Positions 20,615 to 30,469 of a stretch of DNA of 64,000 nucleotides are shown piece by piece. The stretch's first letter is position 1. Every line of letters begins with the position of its first letter. A program made the position numbers and the translations under genes. The notes beneath the pieces are model-generated. The model was not told the origin of the DNA and ran no database searches. It saw nothing but the letters and a program-made list of their open reading frames with translations. The stretch is from contig SHVM01000001.1 in assembly GCA_009694265.1 (NCBI GenBank), positions 29,229 through 93,228 of the forward strand, written 5' to 3'. The DNA is from Pseudolabrys sp. (GTDB lineage Bacteria > Pseudomonadota > Alphaproteobacteria > Rhizobiales > Xanthobacteraceae).

Positions 20615-21001
20615 TCAGCGATTGAGGAACGGATTCTGCCAGCCGCCGCCCGCGGGCTTACCCGGCGGATAACTCGCTTCCAGATAGTTGAGTATCGTCT
20701 CGCGGTCTTTGGAATCGAGCGCGGGCATGCCGTGCTTTTCTGTCATTAAGTTGAGCGTTTCGTCCCATTGCCGCCGGTCCATGCCCTGTTGCGCGACCAG
20801 CTTGAAGCCGTGACAGGCGGTACAGGCATAGAAGGTGTCGTCGCGGCCGGCACCGGCCGGAAACTCATCGGGGCTTTCGTCGCGCGGCGTGAAGGTTTGC
20901 GGCTGCGCAAACGCGGACAGCGCAAAGCCGATCGACAGGATCGCGAAAAGAACGAGCCGCCGCGCAAATTGCGCGGCGGCGAAGTTATTGAGGTACCGCA
21001 T
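20615..21001 (-). CDS. Small c-type cytochrome (SorB/SorU-like partner)
   Basis: Signal peptide, CTACH heme motif, distal Met (HGMP); TGATG coupling to the Mo enzyme. Confidence 0.85.
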   Translation of the reverse strand: MRYLNNFAAAQFARRLVLFAILSIGFALSAFAQPQTFTPRDESPDEFPAGAGRDDTFYACTACHGFKLVAQQGMDRRQWDETLNLMTEKHGMPALDSKDRETILNYLEASYPPGKPAGGGWQNPFLNR

Positions 21002-22365
21002 CAGCCGACCAGCACCGCCACACGATGCATCGGGTTGCCGCCGTAACCGCTCGGATTCCAATTCGGTGCTACATGCGGCTGCATCTGGCCGCGGGAATCC
21101 ATCGCCCGCGCCCAGATCTCGTAGTAGCCGTCGCGCGGCAGCTTCGCCGAGCCGCTCCAGCGCTGCCAATCGTATTTATTCTTCGGGCTCTCGAGCTTGG
21201 CGGCCTGCCAGGTCACCCCGTAGTCGGTCGAAATGTCGACGCGCCGCACGGTGAAATCGCCGGCCCATGAGGCGCCGCGCAGTTTCACTTCGCGCGTACC
21301 GGCCGGTAGCTTGGCGCCGTTGCCCGGGCTGGTGATGATCGAGCGCACCGGCATCGACTCGAGAATCTTGAAATTCTTCGGATCAGCTTTGGTGCCCGGC
21401 ACCATCGGATTGATGGTCAGGCGGTAAGACGTGCCGCCCATGCCCACACCGTCATGCTCCCTGTCGCGAATCGTGATGCGCGTGAGCCATTTCTGCGAGG
21501 CCGAGCCGGGCCAGCCCGGGACCAGCAGGCGCACCGGTCCGCCATGGATGTTCGGCAATGGCTGGCCGTTCATCGCCCAGACGATCATGGAATCGGGCTC
21601 CATCGCCTTGGCCATGCGCACGCCGCGCGACAATGTCGGCATGCTGGCATCGCCGGACAGATGAAGATCGGCCGCGTAATGCGCCGTGTAGATGCCCGAC
21701 GGTTTGACGCCGGCCATTTTGAGCACATCGGCCAGCCGCACGCCGGTCCATTCGGCGCAACCCGCGCCGCCGTTTGTCCATTGATTGCCGCTCGCGGGCG
21801 GCGAGAAGAATGAACGCCCGTTGCCGCCGCACTCAAGTACGATGCGGCGCGTCTGCGGCTTGAATTTCGACTTGAGCTCGCCGAGCGTCAATTCGAGTTT
21901 CTTGTTCACTTCGCCGTCGATGGCGATCTTCCACTTGTCGGGCTCTTTCGCAGCTTCCGGAATTTGTCCGTTGTTGCGGACGAAGAATTTCTCGGTCGGA
22001 GTGGTGTCGTCGTCAAGCAGATGCTCGGGCGTCTCCGCCACCAGCGGCCGCTCGCCGATCACCACCAGCTTGTCGTTCTTGCCGGGATAATTGAGGTAGA
22101 CCGGCCCCTTTTTGGCGGGCGGAGCCGCGGCCGGCGGCGGAGTGGCCGGCGCCCCTTGCGCCAATGCCGCAGGGACCAGCCCGCCCGGCATGTTGGCCGC
22201 GAAGGGTATGACACCGCCGACAGCGGCACCCATGGCCGCAAGCCCGGCACCACCCAGAAACCCGCGGCGGTTCGGCCCGGTTTCCCGCCCAAAAGCGACC
22301 ACATCGGCCCGTTCCGGATCGTCGCGATACAGTTCCTCGATAGAACGCTCAATTCTGCGCGTCAT
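21001..22365 (-). CDS. Sulfite oxidase-family molybdoenzyme (SorA/SorT-like)
   Basis: Tat motif RRGFL, FFVRNNG, LECGGNGR (Mo-ligating Cys), HGGPVRL, C-terminal dimerisation domain ending PSGYGGN. Confidence 0.9.
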   Translation of the reverse strand: MTRRIERSIEELYRDDPERADVVAFGRETGPNRRGFLGGAGLAAMGAAVGGVIPFAANMPGGLVPAALAQGAPATPPPAAAPPAKKGPVYLNYPGKNDKLVVIGERPLVAETPEHLLDDDTTPTEKFFVRNNGQIPEAAKEPDKWKIAIDGEVNKKLELTLGELKSKFKPQTRRIVLECGGNGRSFFSPPASGNQWTNGGAGCAEWTGVRLADVLKMAGVKPSGIYTAHYAADLHLSGDASMPTLSRGVRMAKAMEPDSMIVWAMNGQPLPNIHGGPVRLLVPGWPGSASQKWLTRITIRDREHDGVGMGGTSYRLTINPMVPGTKADPKNFKILESMPVRSIITSPGNGAKLPAGTREVKLRGASWAGDFTVRRVDISTDYGVTWQAAKLESPKNKYDWQRWSGSAKLPRDGYYEIWARAMDSRGQMQPHVAPNWNPSGYGGNPMHRVAVLVG

Positions 22366-22611
22366 GGTTTCATCCTCCCGTCAGGCCCTTTAATAGGACC
22401 TTTGTTCTCTTGAAAGCCTAGCTTGTGGAAAATTTTTTCTCAATGTTGCCGGGATGGGCGGTTGGGAATTTGCTTTGCTAGGGGCAAGCCGAGTACTGGC
22501 AGGCCTTTTTCTTAAGGATTTACAGCAGATATTGCCCCGAATTAGGCCCTGTTACGGCCAAGCAAAGCCCGCTAGACTGCGTTGCAACAAAGAGATCCCG
22601 GCGAGGAATTC

Positions 22612-22977
22612 ATGCGTTTGAAAGTCGTTGCTGCCGCGTTTGCCGTGACTGCCGCCGTTGGTCTTTCGGGCCTATTGGCCACGCCGGCCAGCGCCCAGTC
22701 CAAGAAAAAGACCGTGGTCGATGCGCGCGGCCACACGGTATTCACCAGCCGCGACGAAGACGGGCGCAGACGAACCCGCATCATCATTCAGAAGCGGTCG
22801 TATCTCGACCCCGGCACCGAAAGATTCCCGGGCGAAAACAGCGACCACAAATACGCGTTTTCGCCGACCCATTCGCCGACCAGCGGGCTTAACAATACCG
22901 CTTTTGGCGGCAACCAATCGGCGCTACCGGGACCGTTCGATCTGCCGAGCAAGAACGGCCCGTTGTTGAGATTCTAG
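22612..22977 (+). CDS. Small exported hypothetical protein
   Basis: GAGG SD, signal peptide ending ASA, followed by a terminator. Confidence 0.7.
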   Translation: MRLKVVAAAFAVTAAVGLSGLLATPASAQSKKKTVVDARGHTVFTSRDEDGRRRTRIIIQKRSYLDPGTERFPGENSDHKYAFSPTHSPTSGLNNTAFGGNQSALPGPFDLPSKNGPLLRF

Positions 22978-23001
22978 ATCTCGCGACAAAACATCGGAAT
23001 A

Positions 23002-23031
23002 AAAAAACGCGGCCGATTAGCCGCGTTTTTA
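23002..23031. terminator. Bidirectional rho-independent terminator
   Basis: AAAAAACGCGGC-cgatta-GCCGCGTTTTTT between convergent genes. Confidence 0.85.
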
Positions 23032-23053
23032 TTTTGTGCGAAGCATGAGGTGC

Positions 23054-24166
23054 TTAGCCCGCCAGAGTTTCCAGCTCAGCCAAAATCGCGTCGCCCATCT
23101 CCACCGTGTTGACCACTTTCGAGCCTTCCGACTTGATGTCGCCGGTGCGCAGATTTTTCGCGAGTGTGGCGGCGATCGCCGCATCGATCATGTCGGCCTG
23201 CTTGCCCATGTCGAACGAATAGCGCAGTGCCATGCCGAACGATGCGATCATCGCGATCGGGTTGGCGATGCCCTTGCCAGCGATATCCGGCGCCGAACCA
23301 TGCACCGGCTCATAGAGCGCCTTGCGTTTGCGGGTCTTGGGATCAACTTCGCCCAATGACGCCGACGGCAGCATGCCGAGTGAACCGGTCAAGGTCGCGG
23401 CGATGTCAGACAGCATGTCGCCGAACAGATTGTCGGTGACGATGACGTCAAACTGTTTGGGCCAGCGCACCAGCTGCATACCGCCGGCATCGGCCAGCAT
23501 GTGTTCGAGCTGCACGTCTTTGTATTCGCGCACATGCAGCGCCGTCGTCACCTCGTTCCAAAGAACGCCCGACTTCATGACGTTGCGCTTTTCCATCGAG
23601 GTGACCTTGTTGCGCCGCTTGCGAGCCAACTCGAAGGCGACGCGGTCGATGCGCTCGATCTCGTAGGTGTCGTAGACCTGCGTGTCGATGGCGCGCTTCT
23701 GGCCGTTGCCGAGATCGGTGATGGTCTTCGGCTCGCCGAAATACACGCCGCCGGTCAATTCGCGCAGGATGATGATGTCGAGACCCTCGACCACCTCGCG
23801 CTTGAGGCTCGATGAGTCGGCGAGTGCCGGATAGACGATGGCCGGGCGCAGATTGGCGTAGAGATCGAGGTCCTTGCGCAGCCGCAGCAGGCCCGCTTCG
23901 GGGCGCACGTCATAAGGCACCTTGTCCCATTTCGGCCCGCCGACCGCGCCGAACATGATGGCGTCGGCGGCCTTGGCCTTCGCCATGGTGGCATCGGTGA
24001 TGGCGACCCCGTGGGCGTCGAAGCAGCAGCCACCGACCAGCGCCTCGTCGGTTAAGAACTTGTCCGGGCCTTTTTTATTGAAAAAGTCGATGACGCGCTT
24101 TACTTGCGCCATCACTTCGGGGCCGATGCCGTCGCCGGGGAGCAGCAGGAGATTGTGGGTCGCCAT
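23054..24166 (-). CDS. leuB: 3-isopropylmalate dehydrogenase
   Basis: [48 protein letters not shown]. Confidence 0.98.
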   Translation of the reverse strand: MATHNLLLLPGDGIGPEVMAQVKRVIDFFNKKGPDKFLTDEALVGGCCFDAHGVAITDATMAKAKAADAIMFGAVGGPKWDKVPYDVRPEAGLLRLRKDLDLYANLRPAIVYPALADSSSLKREVVEGLDIIILRELTGGVYFGEPKTITDLGNGQKRAIDTQVYDTYEIERIDRVAFELARKRRNKVTSMEKRNVMKSGVLWNEVTTALHVREYKDVQLEHMLADAGGMQLVRWPKQFDVIVTDNLFGDMLSDIAATLTGSLGMLPSASLGEVDPKTRKRKALYEPVHGSAPDIAGKGIANPIAMIASFGMALRYSFDMGKQADMIDAAIAATLAKNLRTGDIKSEGSKVVNTVEMGDAILAELETLAG

Positions 24167-24241
24167 GAATTACGCCTCGCCGTTTACTCAACTGCGCGGA
24201 GTGCTAAAGGTCCGTGAAGCAGTTGGCAAGGCGAGGCGGCG

Positions 24242-25015
24242 CTACAGCCCGCTGAACCAGTTGTAGCCCTGGTTTTCCCAGTAGCCGCCCTTGTCGGTAT
24301 TGGTGACTTCCATCGCCACCACGTATTTCGGCTGCTTGAAGCCGAGTTTGGTGGGCATGCGGATTTTCATCGGGAAGCCGTAGGCGCGCGGCAATATTTC
24401 GTTGGCGAACTTGAACGTCATCTGCGTCTGCGGATGCAGCGCGGTCGGCATGTCGATGGTGTTGGTGTAGCCCTCGGCGCATTTGAACCAGACATATTTC
24501 GCATTTGTGTCGGCGCCGATGCGCTTGAGGAATTCCGACAGCGGCACGCCCTGCCAGGAACCGATGGCGCTCCAGCCTTCCACGCAAATATGCCGCGTGA
24601 TCTGCGAAACTTGCGGCAGCGCATAGAGTTCGTCGAGCGTCCACGGCTTCTTGTTCTCGACCAGACCGGCGATCTCGAACATGTAATTCTTGCCGTCGAC
24701 CCGCGGCGCCTCGTCCTCGTCGTAATAGGCGCTGAACGGGAACGGCTTGGTGATGGCGCTCTCCGGATAGATCGGCGCAAGTTTGGTCTTGCTGAACAAT
24801 GCAGCCTGCGCGCCGTCGTTGAATTCGGAAATCTTGCGCAGCACGCCTTCGGCGGTGTCGCCATCGATGATGTCGCAGCCGGTGAGAAATGTGAGTGCGC
24901 CGAGGCTGGCCGCACCGCGCAGGAAGCTGCGCCGCATCGGATCGGGGAGCAGTTTGCCGGCATCCTTGATCAGCAGTTTGGCATCGACGCCCGGAATGAT
25001 TTTGCGCTGGCGCAT
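24242..25015 (-). CDS. MsrP/YedY-like molybdopterin oxidoreductase (Tat lipoprotein)
   Basis: RRSFL Tat motif plus LTGC lipobox; HICVEGWS Mo Cys; YGFPMKIRMPTKLGFKQPK; GGYWENQGYNWF. Confidence 0.85.
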   Translation of the reverse strand: MRQRKIIPGVDAKLLIKDAGKLLPDPMRRSFLRGAASLGALTFLTGCDIIDGDTAEGVLRKISEFNDGAQAALFSKTKLAPIYPESAITKPFPFSAYYDEDEAPRVDGKNYMFEIAGLVENKKPWTLDELYALPQVSQITRHICVEGWSAIGSWQGVPLSEFLKRIGADTNAKYVWFKCAEGYTNTIDMPTALHPQTQMTFKFANEILPRAYGFPMKIRMPTKLGFKQPKYVVAMEVTNTDKGGYWENQGYNWFSGL

Positions 25016-25030
25016 GTTATTTTCCTTTGA

Positions 25031-25075
25031 GTATGATCTTGTCCGAAAATCGGTTCCCACTTTTCGGGATCATGC
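25031..25075. repeat. 45-bp palindromic Rhizobiales-type intergenic repeat, copy 1
   Basis: GTATGATCTTGTCCGAAAATCGGTTCCCACTTTTCGGGATCATGC; two further copies at 47468 and 54313. Confidence 0.85.
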
Positions 25076-25082
25076 TCTGTCC

Positions 25083-25709
25083 CTATTTTCCAGCCACCAT
25101 GGCGCGCAGGCTCTTAGGCACCATCAGCGCCAGCGCCACATGTACGAGCAGAAATCCGACTATCGCCGCCATGGCGAAGAAATGCACGTAGCGGGCGGCA
25201 TCATAGCCGCCGAACAGGAAGGTCAATTCCTGCAACTGCACCGGCTTCCAGATCGCCAGCCCTGACAGCACGATCACAATGCCGCACAGGATAACGCCGG
25301 TGTATAGCAGCTTCTGCACCGCGTTGTAGCGCGACAGATCGTCGTGCGAGAGCTTGAACGTGAAAGCCGCCTTGATGTCGGCGAATAATTGGCCCGGGGT
25401 GATCGGCAGCAGCTTGCGGCGGAAGCGGCCGGTAATCAGTCCGAGCGTCACATAGACGATGCCGTTGATCACCAACACCCACATGGCGGCGAAATGCCAG
25501 AGCAGCGCGCCGCCAAGCCAGCCGCCGAGGGTGATGTGTTTGGAGAAACTGAAATCGAACAGCGGCGAGGCGTTGTAGATCTGCCAGCCGGAACCGATCA
25601 TCGCCAGGATGGCGATGGCATTGATCCAATGGGTAATCCGTACCCAGAGCGGATGAATGATTTCGCCCGTTGCCGCAGGCCTGCCGCCAATGACCGATTC
25701 TGCGCTCAT
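25083..25709 (-). CDS. Cytochrome b/b6-domain membrane protein (redox partner of the Mo enzyme)
   Basis: HPLWVRITHWIN, WHFAAMW, YNAVQK, HFFAM, VHV heme-ligand His pattern. Confidence 0.88.
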   Translation of the reverse strand: MSAESVIGGRPAATGEIIHPLWVRITHWINAIAILAMIGSGWQIYNASPLFDFSFSKHITLGGWLGGALLWHFAAMWVLVINGIVYVTLGLITGRFRRKLLPITPGQLFADIKAAFTFKLSHDDLSRYNAVQKLLYTGVILCGIVIVLSGLAIWKPVQLQELTFLFGGYDAARYVHFFAMAAIVGFLLVHVALALMVPKSLRAMVAGK

Positions 25710-25804
25710 GTTTTGCGCTCTTTAGCTCATCGTTTGCGTTCGGCTGGCGAATATACGCCGCCGCCGGACCCAAAGATGCAAGGGCCCGGCGCCGGCGGAA
25801 GGGG

Positions 25805-25951
25805 CTATTTCTTCATCTCGTCCTTTTTCATGCTGTCCTTGGACATCGTGTCCTTCTTCATGGCGTCTTGGGCAAAGGCCGCCGGAGCCAAAGCGATGCC
25901 GGCCGCGATGGCGGTGGACAGAATGGCGGAAAGCAGAATGTTCTTTTTCAT
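25805..25951 (-). CDS. Pentapeptide MXKDX-repeat Met-rich periplasmic peptide
   Basis: AGGAGG SD; signal peptide followed by QDAMKKDTMSKDSMKKDEMKK. Confidence 0.85.
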   Translation of the reverse strand: MKKNILLSAILSTAIAAGIALAPAAFAQDAMKKDTMSKDSMKKDEMKK

Positions 25952-26105
25952 GGGATATCCTCCTAAGGAATGAAGTTGCGCCTTATTCGCTATCATGGCG
26001 CCCAAACACGCCCTCATCAGTTTCCCGTTGATCGAACCTAGCGTTTCGCTCACGATTTTGTGAGAATGGCGGCGCCGGGCAAAATCGGATGAAGGAGCGA
26101 GTTAA

Positions 26106-27170
26106 GTGAGCGAACCGTCCGCGTCCAAAACCAGTCCGGGAAATTTCTTCGAGGATTTCCGCCTCGGCCTTGAGATACGCCACGCCACGCCGCGCACCGT
26201 CACTACCGGCGATGTGGCGCTTTACAACGGGCTGTTCGGCGCGCGCTTTGCTGTGCAATCCGCCGACAGTTTCGCGAAAAAAATCGGCTATCCGCGCTCG
26301 CCGGTCGACGATCTGCTGGTGTTTCACATAGTATTTGGCAAGACGGTGCCGGACATTTCGCTCAATGCCGTCGCCAATCTCGGCTATGCCGATTGCCGTT
26401 TCCTCAAAGCCGTCTATCCGGGCGACACGCTCAACGCCGTATCGGAAGTGATCGGGCTGAAGGAAAACTCAAACAAGAAGACCGGCATCGTCTATGTGCG
26501 CTCGCGCGGTTTCAACCAGGACGGCGCCGCGGTACTCGACTATGTGCGCTGGGTCATGGTGCGCAAGCGCGACGAGGCGGCGCCCGCGCCGGCTGAGAAA
26601 GTGCCGGAACTGCCCAAGAGCGTGGATGTTGCCAAACTCGGCGCCGCCTGCCCGCCGATCGATGCCAAGGCCTATGACACGGTGCTGGCCGGCAGCCCGT
26701 GGCGTTTTGGCGACTACAAAGCCGGCGAGAAGATCGACCACGTCGACGGCGTCACGGTGGAAGAAGCCGAGCATGCCATCGCCACGCGGCTCTACCAGAA
26801 CACCGCGCGCATTCATTTCAACCAGTTCGCCGAGAGCAAAGGCCGCTTCGGCCGGCGCCTGATCTATGGCGGCCACGCCATCTCGCTGGCGCGCGCGCTT
26901 TCCTTTAACGGGTTCGCTAACGCCCTCCATGTGGCCGCCATCAATAACGGGCGGCACGTGGCGCCGCTATTTGCAGGCCTCACGGTATTCGCCTGGTCGC
27001 AGGTGCTGGAGACCGCGGAATTGCCCGGCCGCAAGGATGTCGGCGCGCTGCGCCTGCGCACCATCGCTACCAAGGACCATCCTTGCGCGGATTTCCCGTT
27101 CAAGGTAGGCGACGAATACGATCCGGCCGTGATCCTCGATCTCGATTACTGGGTGCTGATGCCGCGGTGA
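26106..27170 (+). CDS. Double-hotdog MaoC dehydratase, mesaconyl-CoA hydratase (Mch)-like
   Basis: GNFFEDF, HATPRTVT, FGKTVPDISLNAVANLGYA, second domain NTARIHF/YGGHAIS. Confidence 0.8.
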   Translation: MSEPSASKTSPGNFFEDFRLGLEIRHATPRTVTTGDVALYNGLFGARFAVQSADSFAKKIGYPRSPVDDLLVFHIVFGKTVPDISLNAVANLGYADCRFLKAVYPGDTLNAVSEVIGLKENSNKKTGIVYVRSRGFNQDGAAVLDYVRWVMVRKRDEAAPAPAEKVPELPKSVDVAKLGAACPPIDAKAYDTVLAGSPWRFGDYKAGEKIDHVDGVTVEEAEHAIATRLYQNTARIHFNQFAESKGRFGRRLIYGGHAISLARALSFNGFANALHVAAINNGRHVAPLFAGLTVFAWSQVLETAELPGRKDVGALRLRTIATKDHPCADFPFKVGDEYDPAVILDLDYWVLMPR

Positions 27171-27195
27171 ATGGGTTGTGATTTCGGCCGTGTAC

Positions 27196-28855
27196 TTAAG
27201 CCTTGCGCGCCGGCGTGTTGCGGACGCCACGTACAAGATCGATCAGGTCCAGCGGCGCCGCCGGCTCTTCATCGCCTCGCCATGCCACGTGCTGGTCGGG
27301 ACGCACGAGCGTAAGCTTGCGCACGTAAAGCGCTCGCGCATCGGGCGCGTCAATGTCGAGAACAGTGAGCGGAACGTCTTGTCGCGCGGCTGCATCGACG
27401 ATGCCGGAAACGCGGATGGCTGGATCGATGCTAATGAGCGTGTAGTACGGCCCTAGCGCATCATAGAGCGAGCGGCCGCCGCTCAGCCACAAATGCGGCG
27501 CCCGACAGCCGGGAACCGTCGATGATGTGAAATCATGTATCGTGTAGCCGGGGTGCGCCACGCCGTCATAGGCAATGATCGGCGAGCCCTCATAGAAGTA
27601 ACCGAAATTGAGGCCGCCGGCGCAATGCTGCTGACTGTCGATGTCATGCGCCTCTTTGCCGATGCGAGCGCGCATGGCGTCGCCGACAGGCCCCCGGCCA
27701 TTCGACTTCGGCGGGGACCTCACGCCGCTGCTTAGTAACCTTATGGGCAATATTGGTGGTGAAGTGTGACACTTGCTCGGTAATCGGCTGGCGTTCCGCT
27801 TCGTAAGCGTCGAGAACCGCCGGACCCGCCCAACCGTCAAGGGTGGCGGCGATCATCCACGACAGGTCCGCGGCATCGGCTATGCCTGCGTTCATGCCGT
27901 AGCCGGCATTCGGTATCCACAGGTGGGCGGCGTCCCCGCAGATGAAGACACGGCGGTCACGAAACTTGTCGGCCACGAGACGGCGTGCAATCCAATCCTC
28001 TTTCGAGATCACCTCGTAGTGGAAATCCGGTCCGACACCGAGAATTTCACGGATGGCCCAATCACGATCGACCGAATCGAATTCGGTCTCGCCGTGATAA
28101 AGCGAATTGTGAATGTTCCAATTCTCTTTCCCGTCGATTGCGATTGTGGTTCCGCAGCGGCGCGGATTAAGTGAAAAATATAGCCAAGCGGGCTTTCCCG
28201 GCAGCAGGCCGATGAGCGCCGGCGCGTGGATATAGGTCGACTGCACGCGCTGAACTTCCGACGTACCGACAAAATTACCGCCGATCATTTTACGGATTGC
28301 CGACTTGCCGCCTTCGCAACCGACAAGATAGCTGCAAACAACCGAATTCTTTTCGTTGCTATCGAGATCGCTCGTCGTGACAGTGACGCCGTGCTCATCT
28401 TGTTCATAGTCTTCGAATGTCGTGCGGTTGAGTATGCGGATGCGTGGTTGCAATTTCGCGTGCGCGAACAACACGGGCTCGAGATAGATCTGGTTGATCC
28501 GGTGCGAGGGCTCCGGCGTGGGCCACCACGAATCCACGCCCTTCACGCCGGCCTGTCGCTCGCCGCGTGAAGGGATGGAAAGGCGGGCAAGCTCGATCCC
28601 AGTCACCGTCGTCGCGGACACGACGTCATTGGAATAGTCCGCCGGAAGCCCGGCCGCGCGCATTTTTTGCGCGACGCCGATGCGACGTAAGATTTCCATC
28701 GAGCGGGCCGAGATTTGATTGCATTTGACGTTTGGCGGCTCGCCGGCACGGCGCTGCTCGACGACAGTGACGTCGATGCCGCGCCAAGCGAGGTCCATGG
28801 CCAGTGTCAGCCCAACCGGGCCGCCGCCGGCGATCAACACGCTTGTTTCGATCAT
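27196..28855 (-). pseudogene. FAD-dependent aromatic monooxygenase (PheA/TfdB-like) with a +1 frameshift
   Basis: GGGPVG, GCEGGKS, GDAAH, GMNAGIAD in the first frame; C-terminal PGCRAPH and LVRPDQHVAWR in the second frame; 1660 nt = 3n+1; the shift lies in the C5 run at 27691-27695. Confidence 0.82.
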
Positions 28856-28969
28856 GCTAACGGTCCGTTTGATTCAACGCGGCTTTAATTTTGCGTTGGG
28901 ATGTTGGCCGCTCATTGGCCTCGGCTCGACGCCGGGTTTCGCGCTGTCATCATTACATTCCAAAGCTAA

Positions 28970-29857
28970 TTAAACACTCGCCCTCAAATGATCCACCAGC
29001 TGCCTTGCATAAGGCGGCAGCGCGTCGACATCGCGCACGCAGATCGACAATTCGCGCAGCGCCCAGGCATCGGTCAGGCGAACCGCGCTGATCGCCATAT
29101 TGCGTTCGATCCGCTTCACCGTCGTCTCCGGCACGATACCGACGCCGACATTGCACTCGACCAAGCGGCAAATCGCGTCGAAGCTGCGCAATTGCACACG
29201 CAAGCGGATCGCGCGGCCGATGCGGCTCGCCTTGTCGGCCAAAAATCGTTGAATCGCGCTGGCACGGTCGAGCCCCACCATGTCGTAATCGAGCACCTCG
29301 CCAAATCCAATGCGCGAGCGACTGGCGAGCGGATGATTGCGCGCGACCACCAGCACGAAACGGTCGCTGCGGAATGGAAACGTGTGCAGGTCGCCGTAAT
29401 CGACGGTTCCTGCGACGATGCCGATATCGGCGCTGCCTTCCGCGATCAAGCCGACGATCTCGTCGCTCAGCCGCTCTTCGAGGTCGACGCTGATGTCGGG
29501 ATAGGCCGTGAGGAACGAACTCAACGTCTCCGGCAGGAATTCGGTGAGCGCGTTGGTATTGGAGAGCACACGCACCTGGCCGGCAAGTCCGCGCGCGTAG
29601 GGGCTCAAGTCCTCCTGCAAGCGCTCGGTCTGCGCCAGGATTCCGCGCGTGTGTTGCAGCAGCGTGCGGCCAGCTTGCGTCGGCGTCACGCCTTGCCGGC
29701 CGCGCACCAGCAGCTCGGTGCCGAACGCGGTTTCCATCTTACGGATGCGCGTACTGGCCGCAGCCAGCGCCAAATTGGCACGCACTGCGCCATGCGTAAT
29801 GCTGCCCGCCTCGACGATATGGCGGAAAAGGCTGAGATCGGTGAGATCGAAGCGCAT
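28970..29857 (-). CDS. LysR-family transcriptional regulator
   Basis: N-terminal HTH (AGSITHGA...ALAAASTRIRKME), substrate-binding domain. Confidence 0.93.
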   Translation of the reverse strand: MRFDLTDLSLFRHIVEAGSITHGAVRANLALAAASTRIRKMETAFGTELLVRGRQGVTPTQAGRTLLQHTRGILAQTERLQEDLSPYARGLAGQVRVLSNTNALTEFLPETLSSFLTAYPDISVDLEERLSDEIVGLIAEGSADIGIVAGTVDYGDLHTFPFRSDRFVLVVARNHPLASRSRIGFGEVLDYDMVGLDRASAIQRFLADKASRIGRAIRLRVQLRSFDAICRLVECNVGVGIVPETTVKRIERNMAISAVRLTDAWALRELSICVRDVDALPPYARQLVDHLRASV

Positions 29858-29870
29858 GGCAGACCACTAC

Positions 29871-29889
29871 CCTTCTTATTTTACGAAGG
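29871..29889. promoter_or_regulatory. Candidate LysR (T-N11-A) operator
   Basis: CCTTC-N9-GAAGG inverted repeat, with T29874-N11-A29886, just upstream of the LysR start. Confidence 0.45.
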
Positions 29890-30034
29890 CAGACTACACA
29901 GAACACATATTGCACTGGGGGATTTATAGGTTCAAGCTTCGTAATTGAAGAAGTAGCGGGTTCTGGCCGCAGGTCAAGCCCGATAGCGGATAGTTGAGAC
30001 TCTCGCCTGCCCCGCACCCGAGACGTTCCGGAGA

Positions 30035-30469
30035 ATGACGATGGCCGAGTTTGACGCCGAAACGGCGACAGAATCGCAACGGCCGCGTCCTCTCTCTCCA
30101 CACCTGCAAGTTTATAAGCTGACGCTGACATTCGTCATGTCCGGCTTTCATCGCATTACCGGCTTCGTATTGTATTTTGGCATCGTGCTGATCGCCTGGT
30201 GGCTGATCGCGGCGGCATCCGGCCCCAACGCCTACGCCAATTTTGAATGGTTCATGGGCAGCCTGATCGGGCGGCTGGTGCTGTTCGGCTACACTTGGGC
30301 GCTGCTCCATCACACACTCGGCGGCATCCGCCATCTGATTTGGGACACCCTTCATGGGTTCGAGCCGGCCGAGCGGGAAATGCTGGCGCTGGCAACCATC
30401 GTCGGCTCGGTCTCGCTCACGCTTATAGTCTGGGTCGTCGGCTATCTCGCCATGGGAGGCCCGCGATGA
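30035..30469 (+). CDS. sdhC: Succinate dehydrogenase cytochrome b556 subunit
   Basis: RPLSPHLQVY, SGFHRITG, HHTLGGIRHLIWD. Confidence 0.95.
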   Translation: MTMAEFDAETATESQRPRPLSPHLQVYKLTLTFVMSGFHRITGFVLYFGIVLIAWWLIAAASGPNAYANFEWFMGSLIGRLVLFGYTWALLHHTLGGIRHLIWDTLHGFEPAEREMLALATIVGSVSLTLIVWVVGYLAMGGPR

